Both the position numbers and the translations under genes were made by a program. From assembly GCA_963799845.1 (NCBI GenBank), contig CAWCYI010000006.1:1632001-1696000 (forward strand): DNA of 64,000 bases, written 5' to 3'. This document shows, piece by piece, positions 51,506-61,616 of the stretch (positions within the stretch are counted from its first letter, which is position 1; every line of letters begins with the position of its first letter). The notes under the pieces are model-generated. The model saw nothing but the letters and a program-made list of their open reading frames with translations, was not told where the DNA came from and did no database searches. Source of the DNA: an uncultured Nitrososphaerota archaeon. GTDB lineage: Archaea; Thermoproteota; Nitrososphaeria; Nitrososphaerales; CADDZS01.

Positions 51506-52568
51506 TGTAGTTTCCCAGAATCAGTATACCTTTGACTCTTCTTCCTACTTTTCCGCATGATATATTTCACCAGTTTTCTCGTCTGTTATGATTCCTTCGG
51601 GAGGCATCTTCCGGAGATAGGCTTTGTAGGGAGTCTCGATCACGTCAAGATTCAATGACATGTGGGGCCTCGTGAAGTTGTACCATTCCATGAGCTCATT
51701 CAAGCTATTCTCGAAGCTCGGAAGCTTATCTTTGACCGTCCGAAAGAACCTCTCGATCTTACCATTCGTTTGGGGATGCTGCACCCTTGCGAGGATCTGC
51801 CTGATCTCGAGGGAGATGAGACGCTTTTCAAATTCTGTCAGCCCCTTCTCCTTCTCCTCAGAATCGGTGGCATAAAATTGAGTACCTCTGTCTGTCAGGA
51901 TGCTTGCAGGCTTGCCGTGCTTGGAGATCGCCTTTTCCAAGACCTCCACCGAGCGAGCCGAAGTAGCTTCCGGAAAGAGACCGTATGCCATCACATATCT
52001 GGATGCGTCATCGAGATAGGCGGTGAACCATCCATGACCTTCAATTAAGGTCCAGTCGGTGTGCCATAAAGAGTTGGAGTGTTCTCTCTCGTATCGGATC
52101 CACTTTTTCCGGATCTGTTTTCGCGGCTCGTTCAAAGCAAGACCCAGACTCTTCATCACCTTGTGGATGCGGTTGTGCGGTATGTGTTTTTGGTACTCAG
52201 ACTTCAAGCACTTTCTCCAGAGTGAGTGCGTTGACCCTATATTCTGCGTAAGCTTCTTGGATGCACTTTTTCTCATCTTCGGAAGGTTCGATGGATTTTT
52301 TCCTTCCTGGCTTTTTGAGCTCAGGGAGCTTCTCAGAGTTATTGTCAATGCGATATCTCCTCCAGAGCTTCTTCACCCATATGGAAGAGACACCCACACT
52401 CCCCGCTATTTCCACTGTAGACAGGAGGTGCTTCTCTTTTTCGCGTATGATCCATGCGATCTTGACAGGATCGAGTTTCCCATAGATGTAGTACCTCCTG
52501 CCTCTGTTCCATATCCACCTCGCTCTTATCCTATTGACCAGAGGGTATACTAATTTCAGGAAAACAGA
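51506..52568 (-). mobile_element. IS481-family insertion sequence (1063 bp)
   Basis: Imperfect 25-bp TIRs with inner AGTATACC; 15-bp TSD GTCTCAATGGAGCGA (51491-51505, 52569-52583). Confidence 0.88.
51545..52483 (-). pseudogene. IS481-family transposase with two frameshifts
   Basis: YEREHSNSLWHTDW, DDASR, LTDRG, HPQTNGKIER and RPHMSL; N-terminal HTH in other frames; GGAGGT before ATG 52483. Confidence 0.85.
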
Positions 52569-52629
52569 GTCTCAATGGAGCGACTAAAACAATAATACCA
52601 CCATTTTTCTTGAACTCTCCAGATTTCCT

Positions 52630-53139
52630 TTGGCGGATGTTATCTTCATCGTTCTTCTGATCCTTCATATCGGCTTCATTGTTACGTGGCTTGGGGGAGC
52701 AGCGCTCTTCACGATGATCATAGCCCCCTCTCTGGCAAAGATCGCCCCGGCTTCCAGAGCAGATTTTGTAATTGCGACTTTCCCGCGATATATCAGATTC
52801 ATTGTGGCTACTGCAACCGGGTCGGTATTGTTCGGCGTGCTTCTCTTCGGCTACATCGCGAGATCCACATCTCTGGCTCCGAGCAGCTCCGGTCTGCCTT
52901 TAATCTATGCAGGCGCTGTTTTGGGACTCTTAGCTTACATCGTCCTCATAGGTATAGTCTATCCTTCAGCGACCAAACTTGTGAAGACCATGAAGCAGAT
53001 GCCGAGTTCGCCCGGCGGGGCAGGTCAGTCTGAGTCAAATATCTTGCAATTGCAAAAGAGGATGCGAATCGGAGCGTCGTCGGCAACCGGAATCCTCGCA
53101 CTTACTTTGATTCTAATGATAGTTGGGGCCAGCGTTTGA
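52630..53139 (+). CDS. four-TM membrane protein
   Basis: LHIGFIVTWLGG N-terminal pattern; 4 TM helices. Confidence 0.75.
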   Translation: MADVIFIVLLILHIGFIVTWLGGAALFTMIIAPSLAKIAPASRADFVIATFPRYIRFIVATATGSVLFGVLLFGYIARSTSLAPSSSGLPLIYAGAVLGLLAYIVLIGIVYPSATKLVKTMKQMPSSPGGAGQSESNILQLQKRMRIGASSATGILALTLILMIVGASV

Positions 53140-53505
53140 TCTAATACCCGAATGCTTACTTTCCCTTCTCGTTCCAACGCCTTACCCAATCGGCAAATTT
53201 CTCTAGCAGAACCTGCAGGTCCTCGCCTTTTGGGGTCAAAGAGGTACTCGACGCGGGGCGGGCTGTCCGGGAATACCTTCCTCTGGATAATCCCAATTTT
53301 TTCCAGTTCTGTCAGCCTTTCAGAAAGGCTAGTTGCGCTGATGCCCTCGATCCTCCTCTTTCAGCTCGTTGAACCGAGCGGGCTGCGCCAGGCCCAGAGC
53401 GTGAATTAGGGGAAGCGTCCATACCTTGGTGATTTCGTTCCACTGAGCGTGGATGACTTTACACTCGTCGATAACTTCTTGGTCAAGCTCCTGCAACTTG
53501 CTCAA
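53140..53505 (-). pseudogene. HxlR-family wHTH regulator with multiple frameshifts
   Basis: KVWTLPLI...ARFNELK / IEGISATSLSERLTELE / RKVFPDSPPRVEY spread across frames. Confidence 0.75.
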
Positions 53506-53562
53506 GTGTTTCTAACCAACTTGCATCGTCATGACTACTAAGTATATAACTTTGACCAGACC

Positions 53563-53976
53563 TTGATCATGGTTTGTGATTGTTTCAGAATGATGACGAA
53601 AGAGGAACGAAAGGCAGTTTCTTTCACCGATAAGGAAGTCGAGTTTATCGGCCAGAGCAAGCTTGCTCGAATTGCAACCTCATCCTCCAGAAATCAGCCG
53701 CACGTTGTACCAGTGGCTTTTGAGTTCGACGGAGAATGCTTTTACTTTGGTGGGTGGAACCTCGAAAAGAGTCTGAAGTTTCGAAATATCAAGGACAACA
53801 GCAGGGTTGCCTTGGTAATCGACGATCTCGTAACCGTCAAACCGTGGACGCCACGAGGAATCGTGATCAGGGGTAAGGCGGAAGTCGAGGAGAGCGAGAA
53901 AGGAATGTGGATCAAAGTGACTCCGCTCAGAAAAGTCAGCTGGGGTCTATTTACAGTTCATAATGGAGTGAAGTAG
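53563..53976 (+). CDS. PPOX-class (pyridoxamine 5'-phosphate oxidase-like) oxidoreductase
   Basis: LARIAT, PHVVPV, KFRNI, VALVIDD and PRGI motifs. Confidence 0.88.
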   Translation: MIMVCDCFRMMTKEERKAVSFTDKEVEFIGQSKLARIATSSSRNQPHVVPVAFEFDGECFYFGGWNLEKSLKFRNIKDNSRVALVIDDLVTVKPWTPRGIVIRGKAEVEESEKGMWIKVTPLRKVSWGLFTVHNGVK

Positions 53977-53977
53977 A

Positions 53978-54952
53978 ATGGTATCAGCATTTGAATTACA
54001 GGACCAGCTTGTCGCGTCGATTGACAAGTTGAACGAGAGCGTAGTCGCAATCGACAGCATGAGGTTGACGAGAAACACGAGGTACGGAGTCGTACCTCTG
54101 GAGGGCCAGGGTTCTGGCGTAATAATAGATTCGAACGGATACATCGTCACGAATAACCATGTCATTGAAGGTGCGTCGAGAGTTCAAATCCACCTGAGGG
54201 ACGGACGAAGTTTCGAAGGAGAGGTGGCAGGTGCTGATCCGGCGACGGACGTTGCGTTGATTAAGGCAAGAACCGATTCGAATCTTCCCGCCGCGACGCT
54301 CGGAGATTCCGACTCACTCAAGGTGGGTCAGTTCGCTCTTGCGATAGGCAACACCCTCGGACTTCCGGGTGGATCGACAGCTTCGCTTGGAGTCATCGGC
54401 GCCCTGGGACGACCGCTGCCGTGGGCAGAATTCATCTTCGAGGGATTAATTCAGACTGATGCGGCCATAAATCCCGGTAATTCGGGCGGGCCACTCGCAG
54501 ACATCAATGGGCATGTCATCGGGATAAACACCGCCATGATCCCGTTTGCTCAAGGAGTTGGGTTTGCAATTCCAATCAACGCCGTAAAGCGGGTAGTACA
54601 GCAGATTTTCGGAAAAGGCAGAGTGGTTAGACCTTGGCTTGGGATTTCGGGCATGAGCCTGACTCCCCAGATAGCTCGTAGGTACAATCTGCAGGCAGAC
54701 ACGGGAGTGCTCGTCGCGGGGCTGTCAAGAGAAGGTCCTGCAAATGAAGCAGGACTGCGGACGGGCGACGTGATCGTGAGGCTCGGCGAGACCGAAGTAA
54801 AGCAGATGAAGGATCTACTGCTCGCGCTATCAAAGTTTGAGGTCGGAACCATGATCAAACTGATCTACTTCAGGATGGGTTCGAGAAGGGAAACCACTCT
54901 CCGACTGACCGAAGTTCCGCTCCAGACGCAGAACTTTCCCGGAAGGAATTAG
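53978..54952 (+). CDS. HtrA/DegP-like serine protease (trypsin + PDZ), no signal peptide
   Basis: GSGVI, TNNHV, DVAL, TDAAINPGNSGGPL; C-terminal PDZ. Confidence 0.93.
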   Translation: MVSAFELQDQLVASIDKLNESVVAIDSMRLTRNTRYGVVPLEGQGSGVIIDSNGYIVTNNHVIEGASRVQIHLRDGRSFEGEVAGADPATDVALIKARTDSNLPAATLGDSDSLKVGQFALAIGNTLGLPGGSTASLGVIGALGRPLPWAEFIFEGLIQTDAAINPGNSGGPLADINGHVIGINTAMIPFAQGVGFAIPINAVKRVVQQIFGKGRVVRPWLGISGMSLTPQIARRYNLQADTGVLVAGLSREGPANEAGLRTGDVIVRLGETEVKQMKDLLLALSKFEVGTMIKLIYFRMGSRRETTLRLTEVPLQTQNFPGRN

Positions 54953-55089
54953 GGCAGAACCCTAATTCCTAGACTGTGCCACTGGTATCAAAGACGGATA
55001 GATGACCGAAAGGATTTAGCAATATACCCGTATTTTCGAATTCGTTTATTGTTGCGAAAAGCGTAGAGTAGACTTCACTCCAGTTATGG

Positions 55090-55518
55090 CTATCGAAAAT
55101 CCCTGGGGTCGAGCCTTTTTACTCCGCTGTCGCTCAGCCTGTCGTACGACCTGTCAAAACTTGCTAGCGTCTCTTTCTCCACCTTTGCGACCGCTGCGTG
55201 GAGACTGTCGAAATAAGTGAGCTTGAACCTAGACTCTAGCGCACGTCCCTGCGAGTGGTACATGATCTTGTCTGCAAGTGGCCTTATTCTTTTGGCTTGA
55301 AACAAGTCCTGCATATCGCCCGAGAAACGCTCAAAGTTGGGAATCTCGAATTTCCTCGCTCTTTCAAGCAAACTGAGTTCCAACAATGAATAAGGTGATA
55401 GTAACAAATCCTTCTCTCTTTCTTCGTCGAGTATCTTGAGGGAGTACGGCCTGAGAGGATCGATAGGATTTATCGCGGCAAGCAGAACATCGGTTTCGAT
55501 TAGCAAGTGTATGCTCAC
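55090..55518 (-). CDS. PIN-domain toxin (VapC-like)
   Basis: LIETDVL, LLE, FDSLHAA and SFD acidic residues. Confidence 0.85.
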   Translation of the reverse strand: MSIHLLIETDVLLAAINPIDPLRPYSLKILDEEREKDLLLSPYSLLELSLLERARKFEIPNFERFSGDMQDLFQAKRIRPLADKIMYHSQGRALESRFKLTYFDSLHAAVAKVEKETLASFDRSYDRLSDSGVKRLDPRDFR

Positions 55519-55554
55519 TCAGTCGACATGATCAATTGAGGAAACTTTTGAGTT

Positions 55555-55818
55555 TTAGACCTTCGACTGCACTTCTTTTAGCAGCTGCTTCCCAGCCGCT
55601 CTTCTGAGGCTAGGAAGCGACTTTTCGACACTCCTAAAATTGAATTTTACATCGCTTGCAACTCTATCATAGAGGTTTGAAATAGGTTCGATTGAAAACG
55701 AGCCATTTTCTTCAATCTTCACGGTAACTGACTTTTTTATCCCCAACCTCTCTCGTACTTCTCTCGGTATTTGCAGGCGTCCCTTTTCGTCCACCTTGAG
55801 AGTCCTTACCTCTGTCAT
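55555..55818 (-). CDS. AbrB/MazE-family antitoxin
   Basis: KVDEKGRLQIPREVRERLGI; directly upstream of the PIN gene. Confidence 0.85.
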   Translation of the reverse strand: MTEVRTLKVDEKGRLQIPREVRERLGIKKSVTVKIEENGSFSIEPISNLYDRVASDVKFNFRSVEKSLPSLRRAAGKQLLKEVQSKV

Positions 55819-55942
55819 CCCACTTTTCCTTAGTGAAGTGGGACTTATAAACGATCGTTTAGGTATGCAGGTCTTTTGCACAGACCTGAAAAAATCCATA
55901 AGATAAGGTACCGGTAGTACAAGCTTTGCAGCTCAGATGAGC

Positions 55943-56911
55943 TCATGACGAAACTTTGGGAACGGTCGTCTTGCCGATTATTTCCTCGATGATGCTTTCG
56001 GGCTTTGTTCCTCTGAGCCAGTTATCCGCCGTGAGGATTAACCTGTGGTTCAGTGCAGAGATCGCGACTGCCTTGATATCGTCCGGAATGACATAATCCC
56101 TCTGATCCAGCCACGCGTTTGCCTTCGATAGCTTCAAGATTGCAAGCGAACCCCTCGGGCTCGAGCCGACTTCAACGGAGGGATGATCGCGAGTTTTCCC
56201 GACAATTTCAGCGATGTATTTTTCAACATCTCGTTCTATGTGGACTGACTCGACGAGAGACTGCATCTCCAGTAGCGCGTTTTTTTCGACGACTTTTTCC
56301 AATGAAAAATCATCGCTTCGCCTCGCTGATCTCCTCTCAAGTATGGAAGTCTCTTCTTCAATGGTAGGATATCCGATGGTAGTTTTCACTATAAACCGGT
56401 CGAGCTGAGCTTCGGGGAGCGGATAAGTCCCCTCGTATTCAATCGGGTTTTGGGTTGCAAACACGATGAAAGGGGCTCCCAGTTTCATCGTTTCATTTTC
56501 GATCGTGACCTGCCGCTCTTGCATAGCTTCAAGCAACGCTGATTGCGTCCGGGGAGGAGCCCTGTTGATCTCATCGGCCAGGAGAATGTTGCAAAAGATT
56601 GGCCCCTTGCGCAGCTCGAACGCCGAAGTTGCTCGATTGTAAACGTAGCTTCCGGTCACATCGGCCGGAAGAAGGTCGGAGGTAAACTGGATCCGCTTGA
56701 ACTCGCATCCTAGGCTCTGCGCGAAAGATCTTGCGGTGAGGGTTTTCGCCAACCCCGGCAGGTCTTCAAACAAGACATGGCCATTACACAGGATCGAAAG
56801 CAAGATCAGCCTCAACACTGCTTTTTTTCCGACGATAGCCGTCCCTACCACATCCAAGATCTTCAGCGCCGAGTTTTGCGCCCGCTCTGGTTCAGCCATA
56901 AAAATGGTCAC
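55943..56911 (-). CDS. MoxR-family AAA+ ATPase
   Basis: PGLAKT, RIQFTSDLLPAD, DEINRA and ATQNPIEYEGTYPLPEAQLDRF motifs. Confidence 0.95.
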   Translation of the reverse strand: MTIFMAEPERAQNSALKILDVVGTAIVGKKAVLRLILLSILCNGHVLFEDLPGLAKTLTARSFAQSLGCEFKRIQFTSDLLPADVTGSYVYNRATSAFELRKGPIFCNILLADEINRAPPRTQSALLEAMQERQVTIENETMKLGAPFIVFATQNPIEYEGTYPLPEAQLDRFIVKTTIGYPTIEEETSILERRSARRSDDFSLEKVVEKNALLEMQSLVESVHIERDVEKYIAEIVGKTRDHPSVEVGSSPRGSLAILKLSKANAWLDQRDYVIPDDIKAVAISALNHRLILTADNWLRGTKPESIIEEIIGKTTVPKVSS

Positions 56912-56932
56912 GATGATAGTTTGGCTCGGAGT

Positions 56933-57506
56933 TCACTGGTCTCCGAGTTTCTGGACAATGCGCTCTAAACTTGTTAGATAAGCTTCTCTTTCCTGCCTCG
57001 ACATCCTTGTCTTGGACGCCCTTCTTCCAAAGGTTTGACTCCCATCAGAAGTAAACGGAATTACGACTCGCTCCAGGTCCGACTGAAAAAGCCTATCATT
57101 TGACATGTCCCGGTATTTCTTGGACGCGTTATCTTCCATGACATTCTTGATAACATGAGCTCATCTCCCGACGCGAGTGGTCGGAACCGCGTGATGCGTA
57201 CTTTACGTAGATGTTCATCGAATTAACTACATCATTTCCCTTTCCGCCGTCGGAGCCTCTTCGAGGATCTGCGGGAAACGAGTCTTCTTCGGGCCTTGAA
57301 TACATTATGAACACGGATATGGAGACTCCCTCGAGAAGGATGCAAACGTACAGGGAAATCACAAGTATGATTTGAGAATTCCTGAGCAAAGCAAGAATCA
57401 GAATTGCGACTAGGAGAACAATACTGACAATCCCCGCGGACCGCCTCGACCGACTTCGCGAGCTGCTCTTCCCTTCAAGTTGGAGGCCCGACCAACTACT
57501 TAGCAA
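56933..57506 (-). CDS. membrane protein of the MoxR operon, frameshifted near 57160
   Basis: Two TM helices in 57129-57506; soluble part continues in 56933-57139. Confidence 0.6.
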
Positions 57507-57513
57507 AACGAAA

Positions 57514-58299
57514 TCACTCTGTCCCAGAATTTATCTCTCTTAACACGCTACTAAGATTCGACAGTGACTCGATCGCAAGATCTGCATCTTCTTTTGATAT
57601 TTCCTTGAGGCTGTATCGCGCTATCTCGAAGATTTCAGTAACTTGCGAAAGGTACGGGGTGTCGAGTTTCAAACTTGTGGACACGGTCTTCTCAAATTCC
57701 CTTGCCGTTAGCGGCCTTCCATCAATCGAGGACTTAGCTTCGAGCAGTTCGGATATCCGTCTATAACACTCTAGTACCGTCCTGCGATATTCATTTCCCC
57801 GTCTAAGTTCGGAAACGGCATCGTCCAAGGCGTTGGCGACTTCAATTCTTTGCGATTCAAGATCCTTGGCCCCGTCGAATCCCGTGACACTATTTTGTCG
57901 CCGAACGTTCCTCACAACGGCAAGGCCAACTATAAAGAAAACAATTACGATGATTGCAACAAGATATGCGCTTGGGACTGAAATACTTGGAAAGAAGTTC
58001 GGAAATTGCGGGCTGTTCTGAATCGCGGAGGCGTTCAATTCGATAGAAGTTATGGTATTGTTGATCGTGGCCGTGAAGTAGATACCACTGGGTGAACCCA
58101 AGTTCAGGAAATTGAAAAGCGGGGCGTTGGTCGCAACAACGTTCAGCGAGGAGTAAAAGGCAAATAGGACAGCGATGGGAAACGCTAGTATCGCCACTAT
58201 TATGGTAATTTTTGCTCTGCGATCTAGTCCGCTCATCCGTGAATTGTCATCCGCGCCGCTAGGCTTGGATCTCGTCCCATCACCTAAATTCAAAAGCAA
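57514..58299 (-). CDS. DUF4129-domain membrane protein
   Basis: VLECYRR, LTAREF and FEIARYS motifs. Confidence 0.82.
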   Translation of the reverse strand: MLLNLGDGTRSKPSGADDNSRMSGLDRRAKITIIVAILAFPIAVLFAFYSSLNVVATNAPLFNFLNLGSPSGIYFTATINNTITSIELNASAIQNSPQFPNFFPSISVPSAYLVAIIVIVFFIVGLAVVRNVRRQNSVTGFDGAKDLESQRIEVANALDDAVSELRRGNEYRRTVLECYRRISELLEAKSSIDGRPLTAREFEKTVSTSLKLDTPYLSQVTEIFEIARYSLKEISKEDADLAIESLSNLSSVLREINSGTE

Positions 58300-58672
58300 G
58301 TTAAATAATGACGGATGATGCCATAAGACTTTCCAGAGGAATTACCCTACTAGACCGCGGAGCTCTGAAAATGAGCTTTCGTGAGTCTCAGCGACAGAAC
58401 AAGGTCGTCCTCATCGACCTCAACCAGTCCTCCGGAACCGATTTTGAGTTCCGCGACGATTGACCTGTTGATCGATTTCATACCGCTTCCAAACATGTCT
58501 TGCAAAGCTGAGACGAAGTCCTCCAGTCGTTTGGGTATTTCCTCTTTTGGGAGATTATTTGCGTGCTCTAATCTAAAGTAAACCACCTGGGCTACTCCTT
58601 GACCATACTATTAAGCCCGCTGTCTATGCAACGAAGAAGCAGTGAATTTGGATCGTCCTTCCCACGATCAGA

Positions 58673-59851
58673 CAGTAGATGCGAATGAATTCAAGCGTTT
58701 TCGGCCGTAATTATTATGGCCAGCGTGCCTTAGGGCTTCTTTCCGACATTCATTGAAGGTCAATTCAAGAAAGCTGCATGAATTCGTGAAGAAAAGTATC
58801 TCAGGATTGCTAACATACGACCTCAAGGAGAGAGCCATTTACTCAAAAGCCGATCACCTAAAACTGCTTATTTCTGCAAGCTTGGTGAATGGGTTTGCAG
58901 AAGGTGTTTCAAAGTCTCTAGACGAATCACCGACAGCAGAAACTCTTCTTTCGTACATCAAATCACAAAGAGAAGAGAGGCTCAAACGAATCTTCGATGA
59001 TTTGGTAGACATGAATGTAAAGAAGCTCCGAAAACGACGGAAATTACGACTTCCAGTCCCCGTAGCGGTGGATCTGCACGATGTCATGTATTACGGCGAT
59101 CATGAAGAAACACCGATGGTCATCGGAACCATGCACCGAGATGGAAGCAATTATGCGTTCAAGTATCTTACAGCTTCTGTTCTGGTAGATGGGGAAAGAC
59201 TGATCGTAGCTGTTACAGGGTTAGAATCAGCTGCGGAACTTGCTTCATCTGCCGAACAAATTGTGCGAAAACTGCGAGAAGAGCTGGAAATCAGAATTCG
59301 ATACTTGGTGTTTGACGGTGGATTCCTTAGCACAGGCTTCCTGAGATTTCTTGAGGAATCTGGACTCAAGTACATCGTCCGAATGGCTCCGACCTACAGC
59401 ACAAAGAAAATGAGGCTCTGGAATGGCAGGAGATTCACATACACGACTAGTGGACACAGGAGAAGAAAGTCCGAACAAACGTCATTTGATGTGGTCGTGG
59501 TCTACGACAAATCAAAGGATTACAAGTACCTGTTTGCAACCAATCTTCCCTACAAAGCTGAGACAGTATTGAGATTGTTCAAGAATCGTTGGGGCATAGA
59601 GACGAGCTACCGGATGTCAAATCAGTTCCTGGTAAAAACAACATCAAGGAACTATGTTGTAAGGTTATTTTACTATCTCTTTGCATGTCTTGTATACAAC
59701 GCGTGGGTCATGTACAATGCCGATCGAGAGATACTCCATCCGAATGACTATGTATCGATCAAAGTAATCCAAATGAAACTCTATCTCATCGGTCTAATAA
59801 TGAACGGGTCATTTGACATGAGAGGAAAGCATACTTGATTCGCATCTACTG
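58673..59851 (+). mobile_element. ISH3-family (IS4-related) insertion sequence (1179 bp)
   Basis: Perfect 14-bp TIRs CAGTAGATGCGAAT (58673-58686, 59838-59851); 4-bp TSD CAGA. Confidence 0.88.
58753..59838 (+). CDS. ISH3-family DDE transposase
   Basis: VAVDLHDVMYYG, VFDGGF, RWGIETSYR and VYNAW motifs. Confidence 0.88.
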   Translation: MKVNSRKLHEFVKKSISGLLTYDLKERAIYSKADHLKLLISASLVNGFAEGVSKSLDESPTAETLLSYIKSQREERLKRIFDDLVDMNVKKLRKRRKLRLPVPVAVDLHDVMYYGDHEETPMVIGTMHRDGSNYAFKYLTASVLVDGERLIVAVTGLESAAELASSAEQIVRKLREELEIRIRYLVFDGGFLSTGFLRFLEESGLKYIVRMAPTYSTKKMRLWNGRRFTYTTSGHRRRKSEQTSFDVVVVYDKSKDYKYLFATNLPYKAETVLRLFKNRWGIETSYRMSNQFLVKTTSRNYVVRLFYYLFACLVYNAWVMYNADREILHPNDYVSIKVIQMKLYLIGLIMNGSFDMRGKHT

Positions 59852-60009
59852 CAGAGTGGGTGGACAATCTAGTCATATCAGTCAACTACAACCCTGCACT
59901 TTCCAGAACGAATTTTTTTCAACGAAAACCAATTTTCCAATCCAAGACAAAAATTTGGGATGGGGAGGTTGAGCGCTGCCCTAATTTCAGAATTTCGGTT
60001 TCTTGTATT

Positions 60010-60153
60010 CTAGTGCGAAATTGGTCCGGGTCCGATCGTTTCCAGAAGGGGATGATGCCCAGCTGGTACATACCCGAAGTGAATGGCTGCGGCTATAGCG
60101 GATAATACCGAGAGTGCAACTAGTCCCAGTTTGATTTTGTCATCGATGGACAT
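60010..60153 (-). CDS. possible 47-aa single-TM peptide
   Basis: MSIDDKIKLGLVALSVLSAIAAAIHFGYVPAGHHPLLETIGPGPISH; below the ORF-track cutoff. Confidence 0.5.
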   Translation of the reverse strand: MSIDDKIKLGLVALSVLSAIAAAIHFGYVPAGHHPLLETIGPGPISH

Positions 60154-60418
60154 TGGTCTAGTGGATTAGATGTTTTAGAAAAATCTGTCGGTTTTGGCCT
60201 CAAAACTAATAATATTCAGTTATTCATACCAAATGGATTTAAAGAGTCTACGAGTGCGGTGTACGAAAATGGGAATATGACATAGATTTGCCTCGTAGGA
60301 GACCAGAAGATATTGAAAGCTGAGTCAGGAATCTAGGCGACAGGCTCCTAGGAGCAACCGCTCCGGGCAAAAGTAAATAGCACGAATGTTTTCTTAATTT
60401 ATTTGAGACGTTCAAGAG

Positions 60419-60898
60419 ATGGACAAACCACCAGAAGATCTAGTGAAAATACTCGGACCGAATGAACAGGTCGAACTCTACATCCAGCAGAAAATTTTTC
60501 ATCCGAGAATAAATATTGAATCCGTTGTCATTACAAACGAGCGCATCATTTTTCGCCACCCGCATGATCTGAATCTCAAAAAAGACTACACCGATTACAA
60601 TTTTCAGGACATTTCCAATGTGATTCTGGACAAGGGAATCCTTCGATCAACTTTGAAACTCACTTTGCGGTTCGGTGGAGACGCACTTGACTTAAAAGAT
60701 CTTCCAAATTCGGACGCTGAAAAAGCATACGGGATTATCAGGGAGAATTTGGTTCGTTACCAATCTCCCTTCACCGCAGGGGCTACTGGAATCCCTCCGA
60801 TGCAACAACAGCCCCAAAGGGCAATGGTCTGTCCGAAGTGCGGAGCTGCAGTGGCAGCTGGTCAACGTTTCTGCGGCAGCTGCGGTGCGGCAGTCTAG
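60419..60898 (+). CDS. bacterial-type PH domain protein with C-terminal zinc ribbon
   Basis: VVITNERIIF; CPKCG...FCGSCG. Confidence 0.85.
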   Translation: MDKPPEDLVKILGPNEQVELYIQQKIFHPRINIESVVITNERIIFRHPHDLNLKKDYTDYNFQDISNVILDKGILRSTLKLTLRFGGDALDLKDLPNSDAEKAYGIIRENLVRYQSPFTAGATGIPPMQQQPQRAMVCPKCGAAVAAGQRFCGSCGAAV

Positions 60899-60902
60899 CG
60901 TC

Positions 60903-61553
60903 ATGTATACACCACGCTGGTTCAAGGAAGACAGGTTACCTGTTATTCACGAAGCCATAGAGAGAATCGCATTTGGAACTCTTGTCACCAGCACACCCAA
61001 AGGATTGATCGCAAGCCACATTCCGATGTTCGTGGAAAAGTCGAAGGGAACCTACGGCACCCTCTACGGGCATATAGCCCGCGGAAATTCGCAGTGGAGA
61101 GATTCTTCTCCGGGGGTTGAATCCCTGGCGATGTTCGTGGGTCCCGACGCGTACATCACCCCAAATTGGTACCAGACCAGAATTGACACAGGAAAAGTGG
61201 TACCGACCTGGAACTATGTGGCGATCCATGTTTATGGGTGTCCTGTGTTTTTCGAAGACAAGGATCGTCTGCTGAAACTCGTGACGCATCTCACAAATGT
61301 CCATGAAGCTCCTTTCGACAACCCATGGAAAGTCAGCGACGCACCGCGAGACTACATCGAAGCAGAGTTGAAATCAATCGTAGGCTTTGAAATGCCGATC
61401 TCGCGAATAGAAGGCAAGTGGAAGATGAACCAGAATCGGTCAGATGCAGATCGCAAGGGGGTTATCAAGGGACTGGGCGAAATGCACGACGAGACAGCTG
61501 ATCTCGTCGCCGCGGAAATAAGAAAACGAGAAGAGGAGTACAGATCTCCGTAA
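60903..61553 (+). CDS. FMN-binding PaiB-family protein
   Basis: MYTP, GHIARGN, VPTWNY and KWKMNQN motifs. Confidence 0.9.
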   Translation: MYTPRWFKEDRLPVIHEAIERIAFGTLVTSTPKGLIASHIPMFVEKSKGTYGTLYGHIARGNSQWRDSSPGVESLAMFVGPDAYITPNWYQTRIDTGKVVPTWNYVAIHVYGCPVFFEDKDRLLKLVTHLTNVHEAPFDNPWKVSDAPRDYIEAELKSIVGFEMPISRIEGKWKMNQNRSDADRKGVIKGLGEMHDETADLVAAEIRKREEEYRSP

Positions 61554-61616
61554 TGACTTATTCTAGAAGCGAGAGCTCGTTCTCCAAACTTTGGATTCTT
61601 CTATTTATCGAATTGA

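Larger units (their letters stand above)
58350..59866 (-). pseudogene. archaeal hypothetical gene interrupted near its start by an ISH3-type IS
   Basis: Removing the IS gives MSTHSDRGKDDPNSLLLRCIDSGLNS then, after one indel, GQGVAQVVYFRLE; similar to 16902-17222. Confidence 0.6.
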
